The notes under the pieces were generated by a model. It made no database searches. It saw nothing but the letters and a program-made list of their open reading frames with translations, and had not been told where the DNA came from. Shown one piece after another: positions 1-9,468 of a DNA stretch of 64,000 nt. Made by a program: the position numbers and the translations under genes. Source of the stretch: Planctomycetota bacterium (GTDB lineage Bacteria > Planctomycetota > PLA2 > JAEUHO01); NCBI GenBank assembly GCA_965222115.1, contig CBDCTJ010000007.1, positions 1,440,001 through 1,504,000 of the forward strand. The letters are read 5' to 3'. Positions within the stretch are counted from its first letter, which is position 1. Every line of letters begins with the position of its first letter.

Positions 1-1
1 A

Positions 2-592
2 AACGTATTGCTCGACGGTGGTTGCACCCTCGAAGAGATGTTTATGGGTCGCGCCCTAGCAAATGTGCTCGGTGGATCGGCAACCTTCGCGGCACCCATG
101 GGCGACGACGCGGATGACTTCCTCGTCGTCAATGACAAGGCCGCCAATGCTGAGGGCGCGCGCGCACTTGGCATTGCGCGGCAAGAAGCGGCGAGCCCAG
201 CAGCGGTCATCGTGGTTGAGCGCGATCGCAATGTAGGTGAGGCCATGCGAAACGAAAGTGGCGCCTTGGTGGCTTTCGTTACCGACGCCATGCACGTGCC
301 CGATTCGGTACAGGTCGCGTTCCCGTTTGGTTCCTACGTGGAACGCAGCGGTCACATCGCCAACTGCGATGGCATCGTGCAATCCATGGCCAGTACGTCG
401 AACGTGGGTCCCGGCAGCCTCCTTGCGGCTCACGAGTTAATGCGCGAGATCGCGAGCGAGCTCGACGACTCGTTTGATGTTATTGACGTCGCCAAGGCGG
501 TTCGCGAAGACGCGGGTGCCAAGAAGCTCACGTGGCCCGCCGTCACCGATTCCAGTGAGTCCACGCCGGCCCTTGCGGGAGGTCCCGCATGA
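2..592 (+). CDS. nuoG: NADH-quinone oxidoreductase subunit G, C-terminal part (5' end lies outside the window)
   Basis: Frame is open from the window edge. Molybdopterin-oxidoreductase-like C-terminal motif FPFGSYVERSGHIANCDGIVQ, plus DDFL...DKAANAEGA. Overlaps the nuoH start (ATGA). Confidence 0.8.
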   Translation, partial: NVLLDGGCTLEEMFMGRALANVLGGSATFAAPMGDDADDFLVVNDKAANAEGARALGIARQEAASPAAVIVVERDRNVGEAMRNESGALVAFVTDAMHVPDSVQVAFPFGSYVERSGHIANCDGIVQSMASTSNVGPGSLLAAHELMREIASELDDSFDVIDVAKAVREDAGAKKLTWPAVTDSSESTPALAGGPA

Positions 593-1881
593 ACTCGCTC
601 GTTGCGATGGGGCAGCAGGGCATGGCCTCGTTGGCGTCCCATATACCGCTCGCGTTCTTGGAGATCTTTGCAGCGCCTGAGGATGGCGGTTCCACCACCG
701 GTTGGGTGATTGGTCGCATTCTCCTGATGCTATTGATCGTGCACATCATGTTGATTATGGCGGCGCTCATGGTGTGGGCGGAACGTCGCGTGAGTGCATG
801 GATGCAGGATCGCTTGGGTCCAAATCGCGTGGGTCCGCAAGGCCTGCTGCAACCACTGGCCGACCTCGGCAAGTTCATGTTCAAGGAAGACGTGGTTCCC
901 AACCACGTGCACAAGTTTCTCTACAGCATTGCTCCCACCATTTCGGTGCTTCCCGCGCTCGTCACCTTCGCGGTGATTCCGTTCGGTGGCAGCGTGACGG
1001 ATGGCACATTTCATTCGTGGCAGATTGCCGATCTCAACATCGGTGTGTTGTTCATCCTGTCGATGGCCGGTATCAGCGTGTACGGCATCACGATTGGCGG
1101 TTGGGCTAGCAATTCGAAATACAGCTTGCTCGGTGGGGTGCGCGCGAGTGCGCAGATGATTAGCTATGAGTTGAGCATGGGACTTTCGATCGTGCCTGTG
1201 GTGCTGATTGTGGGTTCACTTAGCCTGGGCGACATTGTGGCCTGGCAGGGTGAGCACACGTGGTTCCTGTTTACGCAGCCCCTGGCGGCATTCATTTTCC
1301 TTGTTGCGGTCTACGCTGAAACGAACCGACTGCCCTTTGACATGCCCGAGTCGGAAACCGAACTCGTGGCGGGCTACCACACTGAGTATTCTTCGATGAA
1401 GTTTGCGTTGTTCTTCATGGCCGAGTATTGCCACATGATTGTGGGCTCTGCATTGATGACTACGCTATTCCTGGGTGGGTGGACGTTCTTCGGTCTTGAG
1501 AAGATTTCGCCCGTCCTTGGCGTCTTGATTTTCTGCATGAAGGCGTTCTTCTTGCTGTTCGTTTTCATCTGGGTGCGCTGGACCCTTCCGCGCTTCCGCT
1601 ACGACCAACTCATGCGCATCGGTTGGGTGTGGCTGATTCCGCTCACGCTCATCAACATCCTGATGACCGCTGGTGCCGAAGCGCTGGACGCCACGTGGGT
1701 GCAGTATGTCGTGCCGGTCGCCGTGCTCGTGGTGGCGCTCATCATTGCGTGGCTTGGGTGGCGCAAGGAAGTTAGCGAGCCACTCCCGCTCGCGTCCGAT
1801 CCCAACGCGCGCGACATCGTGATGCGTCGCAAGATGGGTGGCTACGGCACATCTACCGCGTCACCGGAGGTGCGCTCATGA
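589..1881 (+). CDS. nuoH: NADH-quinone oxidoreductase subunit H
   Basis: Motifs ERRVSAWMQDRLGPNRVGPQGLLQPLADLGK, AETNRLPFDMPESETELVAGYHTEYS and WVRWTLPRFRYDQLM. Confidence 0.98.
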   Translation: MNSLVAMGQQGMASLASHIPLAFLEIFAAPEDGGSTTGWVIGRILLMLLIVHIMLIMAALMVWAERRVSAWMQDRLGPNRVGPQGLLQPLADLGKFMFKEDVVPNHVHKFLYSIAPTISVLPALVTFAVIPFGGSVTDGTFHSWQIADLNIGVLFILSMAGISVYGITIGGWASNSKYSLLGGVRASAQMISYELSMGLSIVPVVLIVGSLSLGDIVAWQGEHTWFLFTQPLAAFIFLVAVYAETNRLPFDMPESETELVAGYHTEYSSMKFALFFMAEYCHMIVGSALMTTLFLGGWTFFGLEKISPVLGVLIFCMKAFFLLFVFIWVRWTLPRFRYDQLMRIGWVWLIPLTLINILMTAGAEALDATWVQYVVPVAVLVVALIIAWLGWRKEVSEPLPLASDPNARDIVMRRKMGGYGTSTASPEVRS

Positions 1882-2387
1882 CCGCCACCGTCAAGAAAGT
1901 GCGCCGGACGCGTCAGACGTTTATGGATCGCATTTACCTGCCCGCCATTGTGAAGGGCATGGGAATCACGCTGCGTCGCATGCTCTTCGGCAAGAAGGTC
2001 ACGATGCAGTTCCCCGAAGAGCGCTGGGAAGTTCGCGATGGCTATCGCGGCGCCCCGGTGCTGGTGCAAGACGACGAGCGCCGGCCCAAGTGCGTGGCGT
2101 GTTCGCTATGCGAGTACGTATGCCCACCCAAGGCCATTTCGATCGTTCCCCAGGAGCTCGAATCGGGTAACAACGTGGAACGTGGCCCCGCGGTGTTCAA
2201 CATCAATATGTTGCGCTGCATCTTTTGCGGACTGTGCGAGGAAGCCTGTCCCGAGGAGGCCATCTTCATGTCGAAGGACTTCGCGCTGTGGGGCGCTACA
2301 CGCTCGGAGTTGATTCACGAGAAAGAGACGCTGTACGAACTCGGAGGGGTTCGTCCGGATTCCATCAAGAAGTGGAAGCACAAGTAG
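1878..2387 (+). CDS. nuoI: NADH-quinone oxidoreductase subunit I (2x[4Fe-4S])
   Basis: CVACSLCEYVCP and CIFCGLCEEACP ferredoxin motifs; operon position. Confidence 0.98.
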   Translation: MTATVKKVRRTRQTFMDRIYLPAIVKGMGITLRRMLFGKKVTMQFPEERWEVRDGYRGAPVLVQDDERRPKCVACSLCEYVCPPKAISIVPQELESGNNVERGPAVFNINMLRCIFCGLCEEACPEEAIFMSKDFALWGATRSELIHEKETLYELGGVRPDSIKKWKHK

Positions 2388-2451
2388 GTAGGAGGGACAG
2401 ATAACGACGGCTTGGCTGGCATAGACGCCGCCGCGGTATCGGTCCGCAGGT

Positions 2452-2481
2452 AAGACACCCCCAACAAAGACACCCCAATAC
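2452..2481 (+). repeat. 15-bp-period tandem duplication immediately upstream of nuoJ
   Basis: aagacacccccaaca / aagacaccccaatac. Confidence 0.7.
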
Positions 2482-3030
2482 ATGACACAAGTCCTTTTCA
2501 TCATTTTCGGACTGCTTGCGATCGTGGCGGCGCTATGCGCGGTGACGCGACGCAATCCCGTGGCATCCGCGATGTGGTTGATCGTCATGTTTTTTGGCAT
2601 GGCGGGCTGCTACGTCGTGCTCGAAGCCTTTTTCGTCGCGGCGGTGCAGGTCTTGGTCTACGCCGGCGCCATTATGGTGCTCTTTTTGTTCGTCATCATG
2701 CTGCTCGATTTGCGCACAGAAGAAATCGAGAAGCGCCACACGCCGCTATTCAAGTTTTTTGGCGTGATGTCTGCCATTCTGTTTGCCACCGTTGCGGTTT
2801 TGGCCATTATCGCAGCCAAGAACGAAGGCGCGTTGGTTGCCACTAACCCGATTCACGCGACCGACAGCGCAGCGCCCAGCACGTTGGCCGAACTGCCACT
2901 GGACGGCAGCGCACACGAAATTGGCCGCGAACTCTTCACGCGCTGGTTGCTTCCGTTTGAGGTCGTGAGCCTGCTCTTGCTCGGAGCCATTCTTGGCGCG
3001 GTCATTCTCACCAAGCGGAGGCTCACGTAG
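2482..3030 (+). CDS. nuoJ: NADH-quinone oxidoreductase subunit J
   Basis: RNPVASA, AAVQVLVYAGAIMVLFLFVIMLL and LPFEVVSLLLL motifs. Confidence 0.97.
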   Translation: MTQVLFIIFGLLAIVAALCAVTRRNPVASAMWLIVMFFGMAGCYVVLEAFFVAAVQVLVYAGAIMVLFLFVIMLLDLRTEEIEKRHTPLFKFFGVMSAILFATVAVLAIIAAKNEGALVATNPIHATDSAAPSTLAELPLDGSAHEIGRELFTRWLLPFEVVSLLLLGAILGAVILTKRRLT

Positions 3031-3059
3031 TGTCTTCCGCCATTGTGTCTTCCGCCATT
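3030..3059 (+). repeat. Perfect 15-bp tandem duplication at the nuoK start
   Basis: gtgtcttccgccatt x2. Confidence 0.9.
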
Positions 3060-3563
3060 GATCCGACATTCGCAGCCGTGATGGCTACCACGATTCCCAT
3101 GGAATGGGTCGTGGGGCTTGGGCTGGCGCTGTTTGGCGTGGGTCTCTACGGCGTCACGTGTCGCCGCAACATTTTGATCGTGTTGTTGTCGGTCGAGATT
3201 CTGCTAAACGCCGTGAATGTGATCTTTGTTGGCTTCTCCCGCATGCACAACAACTTGAGTGGGCAGGTATTCGTCTTCTTCGCGATGACGGTTGCCGCGG
3301 CCGAAGTTGCCGTGGGACTGGCGATCGTGATTGCGAGTTATCGATTGCGTCGCAGCACCGACATCAATGACGCCGCCGACCTCGCCGAGGTCGATTACGG
3401 GCCCGTACCACCGATCGTCTTGGAAGGTGAGGATCATCACCATGACGATCATGATCACGACAAGGACGTCGGGCACGATGCGGTTGTTCATGATGCCGTG
3501 AATGGCATTGAGATTTCCACCCACGATGTGGCGGGCGTATCCACGTCGGCCGGGGAGGCGTAA
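3030..3563 (+). CDS. nuoK: NADH-quinone oxidoreductase subunit K with His/Asp-rich C-terminal tail
   Basis: RRNILIVLLSVEILLNAVN and VAAAEVAVGLAIV motifs. The exact start is uncertain (GTG 3030, GTG 3045 or a downstream ATG). Confidence 0.95.
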   Translation: MSSAIVSSAIDPTFAAVMATTIPMEWVVGLGLALFGVGLYGVTCRRNILIVLLSVEILLNAVNVIFVGFSRMHNNLSGQVFVFFAMTVAAAEVAVGLAIVIASYRLRRSTDINDAADLAEVDYGPVPPIVLEGEDHHHDDHDHDKDVGHDAVVHDAVNGIEISTHDVAGVSTSAGEA

Positions 3564-3566
3564 CCG

Positions 3567-5606
3567 GTGGACGCGTTCGTCTCAGCCAATTTCAGTCTCC
3601 CCACCGTGCTCGCCGCGGGCGGTGACACGTCGATCGTGGCCAACGGGTTCTCTGCATGGGCCGCCTGGCTCGTGTTGTTCCTGCCGTTGGCCGTGAGTGC
3701 CATCGTGCTCTGTGTTCCTTCCGTTCGCAAGGCATCGGGCGTTGCCGCCTTTCTTGCCATCGCGAGTGTCCTGGCCGGGTTCCTAATCACGCTGTTCGTC
3801 TACTTCATCCCGTCGCTCAGTGGTGGGCACACCGTGTATGAAGGCATCGTTGATTGGGTCGTGGTCGGCGACGCCAAGATCACCTTCGGAACGCGCTTGG
3901 ATCATCTGTCGCTCATCATGACATTGATCGTTACGGGCATTGGCAGCGCGATTTTCGTTTACGCCCTTGGCTACATGCACGGCGATCCGAGCATGGGTCG
4001 CTTCTACGGAAAGTTCTCGCTCTTTGTCTTTTCGATGCTGGGCATAGTGCTTTCGCCCAACTTCTTTCAGACGTTTGTGTTCTGGGAGTTGGTGGGCGCG
4101 TCGTCGTACTTGCTGATTGGCTACTACTGGAAGAAGCACTCGGCAGGCGAGGCCGCCAAAAAGGCCTTCCTCACCAACCGCGTGGGCGACTTTGGGTTCT
4201 TGCTCGGCATCCTCATGATCTGGGCTGCGGTGGGTAGCGCCGGCGGTGAGCTCGTGAAGGAGTACGGTGCGTTTGATTTCCGCGCCATTCGAGCCGCCGT
4301 AACCGACGGTGACTGGGCCAGTTCATTGTTCGCTACAAGCAACTGGGCGGCCATCGGCGCCATCCTTGTGTTCTGCGGCGCCATGGGCAAGAGCGCGCAA
4401 TTCCCGTTGCATGTGTGGTTGCCCGATGCCATGGAAGGCCCCACGCCCGTGTCGGCGCTCATGCACGCGGCCACCATGGTTGCGGCCGGCATCTACATGA
4501 TCATTCGCTGCTTCTTTGTGATTCAGGGAACAGCGTGGGCGTCGGATGTCATCGCGTGGTTGGGCGGCATTACGGCGTTCTTGGCTGCGTCCATGGCGAT
4601 TGTGCAAAGCGACATCAAAAAGGTGCTCGCGTACTCCACGTTGTCGCAGCTTGGCTACATGACGATGGCGTTGGGCCTGGGCGCTTACACCGCCGCCATG
4701 TTCCACTTGACCACGCACGCGTTCTTCAAAGCGTTACTGTTCCTTTGCGCGGGTAGCGTGATTCACGGCTGCCATCACGAACAAAACATGTTCAAGATGG
4801 GCGGGCTCAAGAAGTTCATGCCCTCCACCCACAAGACGTGGGTCATTGGTACGTTGGCGCTGTGTGGCATCTTCCCGTTGGCCGGTTTCTGGTCAAAGGA
4901 TGAGATCCTCGGTGCCGCGTGGGATAACCAACACGCCATATCCGCAGCAAGCTTGTTGTGGATTGTGGGTACGGCGGTTGCGTTCATGACGGCGTTCTAC
5001 ATGGGACGCGCGTGGTTCCTTACGTTCGCGGGTCAGTACCGTGGTCACCACGAACCCCACGAGAGTCCCAAGGTGATGACCGTGCCGCTGTGGATCTTGG
5101 CGATCTTCAGCATTGGTATTGGCTTTATCGGTATTCCCGGTGCCTCCAACTGGGTGGAGAAGTTCCTCCACGATTGGCACGTGGGTGAGAATGCCGTGTT
5201 CCATATGTCGGTGGCCATCATTTCGTTGATCGTGGCAGGTTTGGGGCTGCTGATGGCAAAGGGCATCTACAGCAAGGTCACCAGCGACAACCCCGACGAC
5301 GATCCGATGAAGGCCAAACTCGGGCCGCTTTGGACGTTGTGGTCAAACCTCTACTACATCGATGACTTCTACCTGTGGCTCGTGCGTTGCGTGCAGCAGG
5401 GTTTCGCCAAGTTGTGTTGGCTCTTCGAGCGCAAGGTGGTGATTGGCGCCGCCGTCAATGGTGCGTCGCGCGCCACGCGCATGGCGGGTGACCAACTTCG
5501 TCGTGTTCAAACCGGTCGGCTGGGTGGCTACGTCACCAGTTTCGTCGTTGGCACTGTACTCATTTTGATCGTGCTTCTGGCACAGATCACCTTGGGCAAG
5601 AAGTAG
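3567..5606 (+). CDS. nuoL: NADH-quinone oxidoreductase subunit L
   Basis: KAFLTNRVGD, GKSAQFPLHVWLPDAMEGPTPVSALMHAATMV and DIKKVLAYSTLSQLG motifs. Confidence 0.98.
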   Translation: MDAFVSANFSLPTVLAAGGDTSIVANGFSAWAAWLVLFLPLAVSAIVLCVPSVRKASGVAAFLAIASVLAGFLITLFVYFIPSLSGGHTVYEGIVDWVVVGDAKITFGTRLDHLSLIMTLIVTGIGSAIFVYALGYMHGDPSMGRFYGKFSLFVFSMLGIVLSPNFFQTFVFWELVGASSYLLIGYYWKKHSAGEAAKKAFLTNRVGDFGFLLGILMIWAAVGSAGGELVKEYGAFDFRAIRAAVTDGDWASSLFATSNWAAIGAILVFCGAMGKSAQFPLHVWLPDAMEGPTPVSALMHAATMVAAGIYMIIRCFFVIQGTAWASDVIAWLGGITAFLAASMAIVQSDIKKVLAYSTLSQLGYMTMALGLGAYTAAMFHLTTHAFFKALLFLCAGSVIHGCHHEQNMFKMGGLKKFMPSTHKTWVIGTLALCGIFPLAGFWSKDEILGAAWDNQHAISAASLLWIVGTAVAFMTAFYMGRAWFLTFAGQYRGHHEPHESPKVMTVPLWILAIFSIGIGFIGIPGASNWVEKFLHDWHVGENAVFHMSVAIISLIVAGLGLLMAKGIYSKVTSDNPDDDPMKAKLGPLWTLWSNLYYIDDFYLWLVRCVQQGFAKLCWLFERKVVIGAAVNGASRATRMAGDQLRRVQTGRLGGYVTSFVVGTVLILIVLLAQITLGKK

Positions 5607-5615
5607 GAGCCCGCG

Positions 5616-7235
5616 ATGAACCCGCTGCTCATCATCCTGCTTGCGCCAGCGATCGCCACGGTGATTCTCTTTATGGTTCCCAAGGAGAATCACAAGGCCA
5701 TTCGTTGGATTGCCACGCTAGCTAGCGCCGTCACGCTCGGTGTGGCGCTTTGGCTCATGTTCGTCTTTGCTGGCGCACCTGATGGAGATGTGGCCAATGC
5801 CGGCACGGATGCGGCCCACGCCTACAAATTCGTATGGCAGAAGACGTGGGTTGCCGATCTGGGTCTCCAATTCAAGCTCGGTGTCGATGGCATCGGCGTG
5901 GCGATGGTGCTGCTCACGGCCTTCATCATTCTCGCGGCGTGCATCGTGAGTTTCACGGTCGAGCACCGCGTCAAAGAGTACTACATCAACCTGATGGCGC
6001 TCGTGACAGGTGTCTTCGGCGTGTTCATTTCGCTCGACCTGTTTTTCTATTACTTCTTTTACGAATTGGCCGTCATCCCCATGTTCTTGCTGATCGGCAT
6101 CTGGGGAAGCACCACCAAGACGGTCGATCAGCAGTACGCCACCATGAAATTGGTGTTGATGCTCAGCACCGGGGCGATTCTTGCGCTCGTGGGTCTGTTG
6201 GCGATCTACATTCAAAGTGCCGATTCGCTGGGGGCCGCCACGTTCGACATGGTGCGGCTCGAAGAAGCTACGTTTAGTACCTCGCTGCAAATGATCTGGT
6301 TCCCGGTCATCTTTATTGGGTTCGCAAGCTTGATTCCCATGTGGCCGTTCCACTCATGGAGTCCGGCCGGTCACGCTGCCGCACCAGCCGCCGTGTCGAT
6401 GCTTCACGCAGGCGTTCTGATGAAGCTCGGGGCGTTCGGTGTGATTCGCGTGGCGCTCACCTACTTCCCCGAAGCCAGCGCAACCTACTTGCCGTGGGTC
6501 GGCTTGATCTGTTGCATGAATATCATTTATGGCGGCTTCGTTGCCATATCGCACCGCGATCTCAAGCTCATTATTGGCTACTCGTCGTCCAGTCATATGG
6601 GTTATGTGTTGCTAGGCTTGGCATCCGTCACCTTGTGGGGCGTTGAGGGCGCCGTGTTCTTGATGTTTGCCCACGGCATTATGACTGCGCTGGCCTTCTC
6701 GTTGATTGGATGGTTCTACGACCAAACGCATACCCGCATGGTGGATGACCTCGGCGGCATGATGCGCGTCATGCCATTTGCCGGAACGTGTTTCGTCATG
6801 GCGTGCATGGCTTCTGCAGGTTTACCGGGCTTTGCCAACTTCGTCAGCGAACTCATGGTCATTGTCGGTGCATGGGAAAGCAAGTCGCTCATCTCCAAGG
6901 TGCCTGCCATTCTGGCGGTGTGGGGGTTGGTCATTACCGGCGTATACCTATTGCGGGCCATCAAAGACGTGTGGTACGTAGACATGCCCGAGCGCTGGGA
7001 GGGTTTGAAAGACGCCACGTCGCCGCTCATGAAGTTCCCCTATGTCATGTTGATGGGTGTGTTGCTCTTCTTTGGCTTCTATCCACAACCCATGATCGAC
7101 ACGATTGATCAGGGCGTGCGCCCGCTGGTTGCGCGTATTCAAGCCCATCAAGATCTCGATGAAAAGACGGCCAATGCGAAGCCGGCCCTCACGAAACCGA
7201 GCGACGCAGCGACGTCGGGTACGGAGGCAAAGTAG
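5616..7235 (+). CDS. nuoM: NADH-quinone oxidoreductase subunit M
   Basis: LGVDGI, PMWPFHSWSP, GVLMKLGAFG and GLPGFANFVSE motifs. Confidence 0.97.
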   Translation: MNPLLIILLAPAIATVILFMVPKENHKAIRWIATLASAVTLGVALWLMFVFAGAPDGDVANAGTDAAHAYKFVWQKTWVADLGLQFKLGVDGIGVAMVLLTAFIILAACIVSFTVEHRVKEYYINLMALVTGVFGVFISLDLFFYYFFYELAVIPMFLLIGIWGSTTKTVDQQYATMKLVLMLSTGAILALVGLLAIYIQSADSLGAATFDMVRLEEATFSTSLQMIWFPVIFIGFASLIPMWPFHSWSPAGHAAAPAAVSMLHAGVLMKLGAFGVIRVALTYFPEASATYLPWVGLICCMNIIYGGFVAISHRDLKLIIGYSSSSHMGYVLLGLASVTLWGVEGAVFLMFAHGIMTALAFSLIGWFYDQTHTRMVDDLGGMMRVMPFAGTCFVMACMASAGLPGFANFVSELMVIVGAWESKSLISKVPAILAVWGLVITGVYLLRAIKDVWYVDMPERWEGLKDATSPLMKFPYVMLMGVLLFFGFYPQPMIDTIDQGVRPLVARIQAHQDLDEKTANAKPALTKPSDAATSGTEAK

Positions 7236-7237
7236 TC

Positions 7238-8755
7238 GTGCCGCTCGAACTGAACTTCGACCGATTGATGCCCGAGTTCTTGGTGGCCGGTGCGGGCTTG
7301 GCGGCCATCATTCCGGAACTCCTGTTGCCCGCGGGTCGCCGCGCAGTGGCTACCGCATGGACCTCGGCCATCGGCTTGACGCTCGCGTTTTTCTGCCTGT
7401 GTTTCTGGTGTCCCGAAGGCGTTGCCATGGTGGCGCGCGCCGACGACGGTCACATGATCACGGGATGGGTATCCGATAAGTTCTCGATTTACTGCCGCGC
7501 TGTAATCGCCGGTGGCGGCCTCTTGCTCGTGCTCCTGTCGATGCCCTATACGCGACGCATGGACCGCGGGCACGGCGAATACTATTCGATCCTTCTGTTT
7601 GCGCTTCTGGGCGCGATGCTCGTAACGGGCGCGTCCGACTTACTCTCGATTTTTGTTTGCTTGGAACTCGTCACCATCATGGCGTATGTGCTGGCTGCGT
7701 TCCGACGCAACCATATGCCATCCACCGAGGCAGGGCTCAAGTACCTCGTGGTTGGCGCCGTATCGACAGCCATTCTCCTCCTTGGCATTGCGTTTGTTTA
7801 CGGCGGCACGGGCAGCTTGTCGCTCGGCCAACTTGCCGCGGTCGTCCAGGCCGGCAAGATCAATTTGCTCACCGGACTTGGACTTGGCCTGCTGTTGATT
7901 GGCATGTTGTTCAAGGTCGGAGGCGTACCGTTTCACGTGTGGATTCCGGACGTGTACGAAGGGTCGCCGAGTCCCTCGACGGCGTTTCTTTCAACCGCGT
8001 CCAAGACTGCGGGCGTCGTTCTCTTGTTGCGCTTTGCCTATGTGGCCCTGGCGCCCGTCGCCGACGGCGTGCACGCCATGAGTTGGGTGCTTTTGCTCAG
8101 TGTGATCGCCATCATTACGCTGTTCTTTGGAAGCCTTGGCGCGCTCTCGCAGCGAAGCATCAAGCGCCTGCTGGCCTACTCGTCGATCTCCCACGCGGGC
8201 TATCTGTTGATGGGTATTGCCGCGATCGCATCGGGCGGTGCAGACAGTGGAGGCGCGTCGGCGGTGCTCTACTATTTGCTCGCCTATACCGCCACAAACC
8301 TCACCGCGTTTGCGGTCATCGTCTTGGTGTCGGGCGCCTCGCCCCTTGGTCATGGCGCCGGCACGTACCGCGGCCTGTGGAAGCGTTCGCCGTTTCTTGC
8401 GTTAGCGCTCGTGCTCGCGTTCTTATCACTGGCGGGCGTGCCCCCCATGGGCGGCTTCTTCGCAAAATTCTTGATCCTCAAGTCGGTTGTGTCCGAAGGC
8501 ATGATCTTGCTGGCCATTGTGGGCGCCATTGGCGTCGTCCTTGGCCTCTACTTCTATTTCCTGTGGGTTCGGGAAGTGGTCATTCATGGACCCGAGGTCA
8601 CCACGCCCGCTCGCCCGTCGATATCCATCGGTGCTCCGGCACGCGTCGCGATCGCTGTTGGAATGATTGCCATGCTGGCAACGGGCATATTCATGGGTCC
8701 GTTCTACGAGTGGGCCAGTGACGCCGCCGCTGCACTGTCGACGTTGCCCGGTTAG
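7238..8755 (+). CDS. nuoN: NADH-quinone oxidoreductase subunit N
   Basis: STEAGLKY, FKVGGVPFHVWIPDVYEGSP, SIKRLLAYSSISHAGY and SLAGVPPMGGFFAKF motifs. Confidence 0.97.
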   Translation: MPLELNFDRLMPEFLVAGAGLAAIIPELLLPAGRRAVATAWTSAIGLTLAFFCLCFWCPEGVAMVARADDGHMITGWVSDKFSIYCRAVIAGGGLLLVLLSMPYTRRMDRGHGEYYSILLFALLGAMLVTGASDLLSIFVCLELVTIMAYVLAAFRRNHMPSTEAGLKYLVVGAVSTAILLLGIAFVYGGTGSLSLGQLAAVVQAGKINLLTGLGLGLLLIGMLFKVGGVPFHVWIPDVYEGSPSPSTAFLSTASKTAGVVLLLRFAYVALAPVADGVHAMSWVLLLSVIAIITLFFGSLGALSQRSIKRLLAYSSISHAGYLLMGIAAIASGGADSGGASAVLYYLLAYTATNLTAFAVIVLVSGASPLGHGAGTYRGLWKRSPFLALALVLAFLSLAGVPPMGGFFAKFLILKSVVSEGMILLAIVGAIGVVLGLYFYFLWVREVVIHGPEVTTPARPSISIGAPARVAIAVGMIAMLATGIFMGPFYEWASDAAAALSTLPG

Positions 8756-9468
8756 CATTTGGTCCATGCGGCGCTAGGGACGACCATTCGTTCGTATATT
8801 TGAAGGGGTCAAGCGTCCTGCGCGAATTCGCTCACGCGGATATTTGGCGTCCAGTCATCCTTTGCGTTTTATAGCCATCGAATGCGTATAACTCACTTCC
8901 TAAAAACGGTTTATGGATTGCGAACCCCTGTACCGCAAACGGCATTGAAGTTGCCGTATGCCGTTCGGGATTGGTCTCTCAATTTGGGAGGGCAATTCCA
9001 CGTCGGCTTCACCCGAGAGGCACCGGTTAGGTTCAAGAGCGAGTGTTCCCGATTTTGGGGTTCGTCCGCGAGTTCTTCCAAGAAGACGAGACGAGACGCC
9101 CGAAATCGCGCGATTCGTTCATTGGGACCATCGCCGTCGCTTCCTGGGTTCCCGCGGTCGAGTGCCGCAGGTAGGATGTCGGCGGATACGCCCTCGCCGG
9201 TTTGATCGTCAGCAAGCATTCGTGGGAATGCGAACTTGTGCGCGCTCAACTCAGGTATAGCGCCTGCCGGATGAAACCGGACGGGCAAACGGAAGGCCCG
9301 ATTTGCGACGGTTATTGGTTTTCGGATCAGGACGCCAAAAAGGTCGTTAACCCCAAACCCCCACGCTGGGTCAGAACAGTTTCAGAGTTTCGTTATTTGC
9401 ATCGCCAGCTTTCGGAGTTGAGGCGACTCCGTTATCTGGCGTCAGAAATACGGCCAAGGAGAGTGCAC

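Noticed and set aside
7657-8721. Long alternative-frame and antisense ORFs (for example 7657-8721, 28925-29809, 40024-40920, 47361-48284, 53185-54135)
   Set aside because: They overlap well-supported genes and have no recognisable motifs. Such shadow ORFs are expected in GC-rich DNA.
8882-9288. Short ORFs in the long intergenic regions (8882-9288, 32482-32942, 46474-47277, 56477-56965, 58774-59121, 60824-61144)
   Set aside because: They have no RBS, atypical composition and no motifs, so they are treated as non-coding.
9281-9345. GGGCAAAC...GGACGCCAAA considered as a c-di-GMP-I riboswitch
   Set aside because: It lacks the paired GNRA-capped P2 stem and the spacing of the aptamer.
9202-9468. 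ORF-track N-terminal extension of the large lipoprotein, and similar upstream starts for rho, rpsF, rplY, ychF, recG, PP2C and the 47076 ORF
   Set aside because: Downstream starts have an RBS, a signal peptide or a leaderless -10 signature. The extensions look like non-coding read-through.
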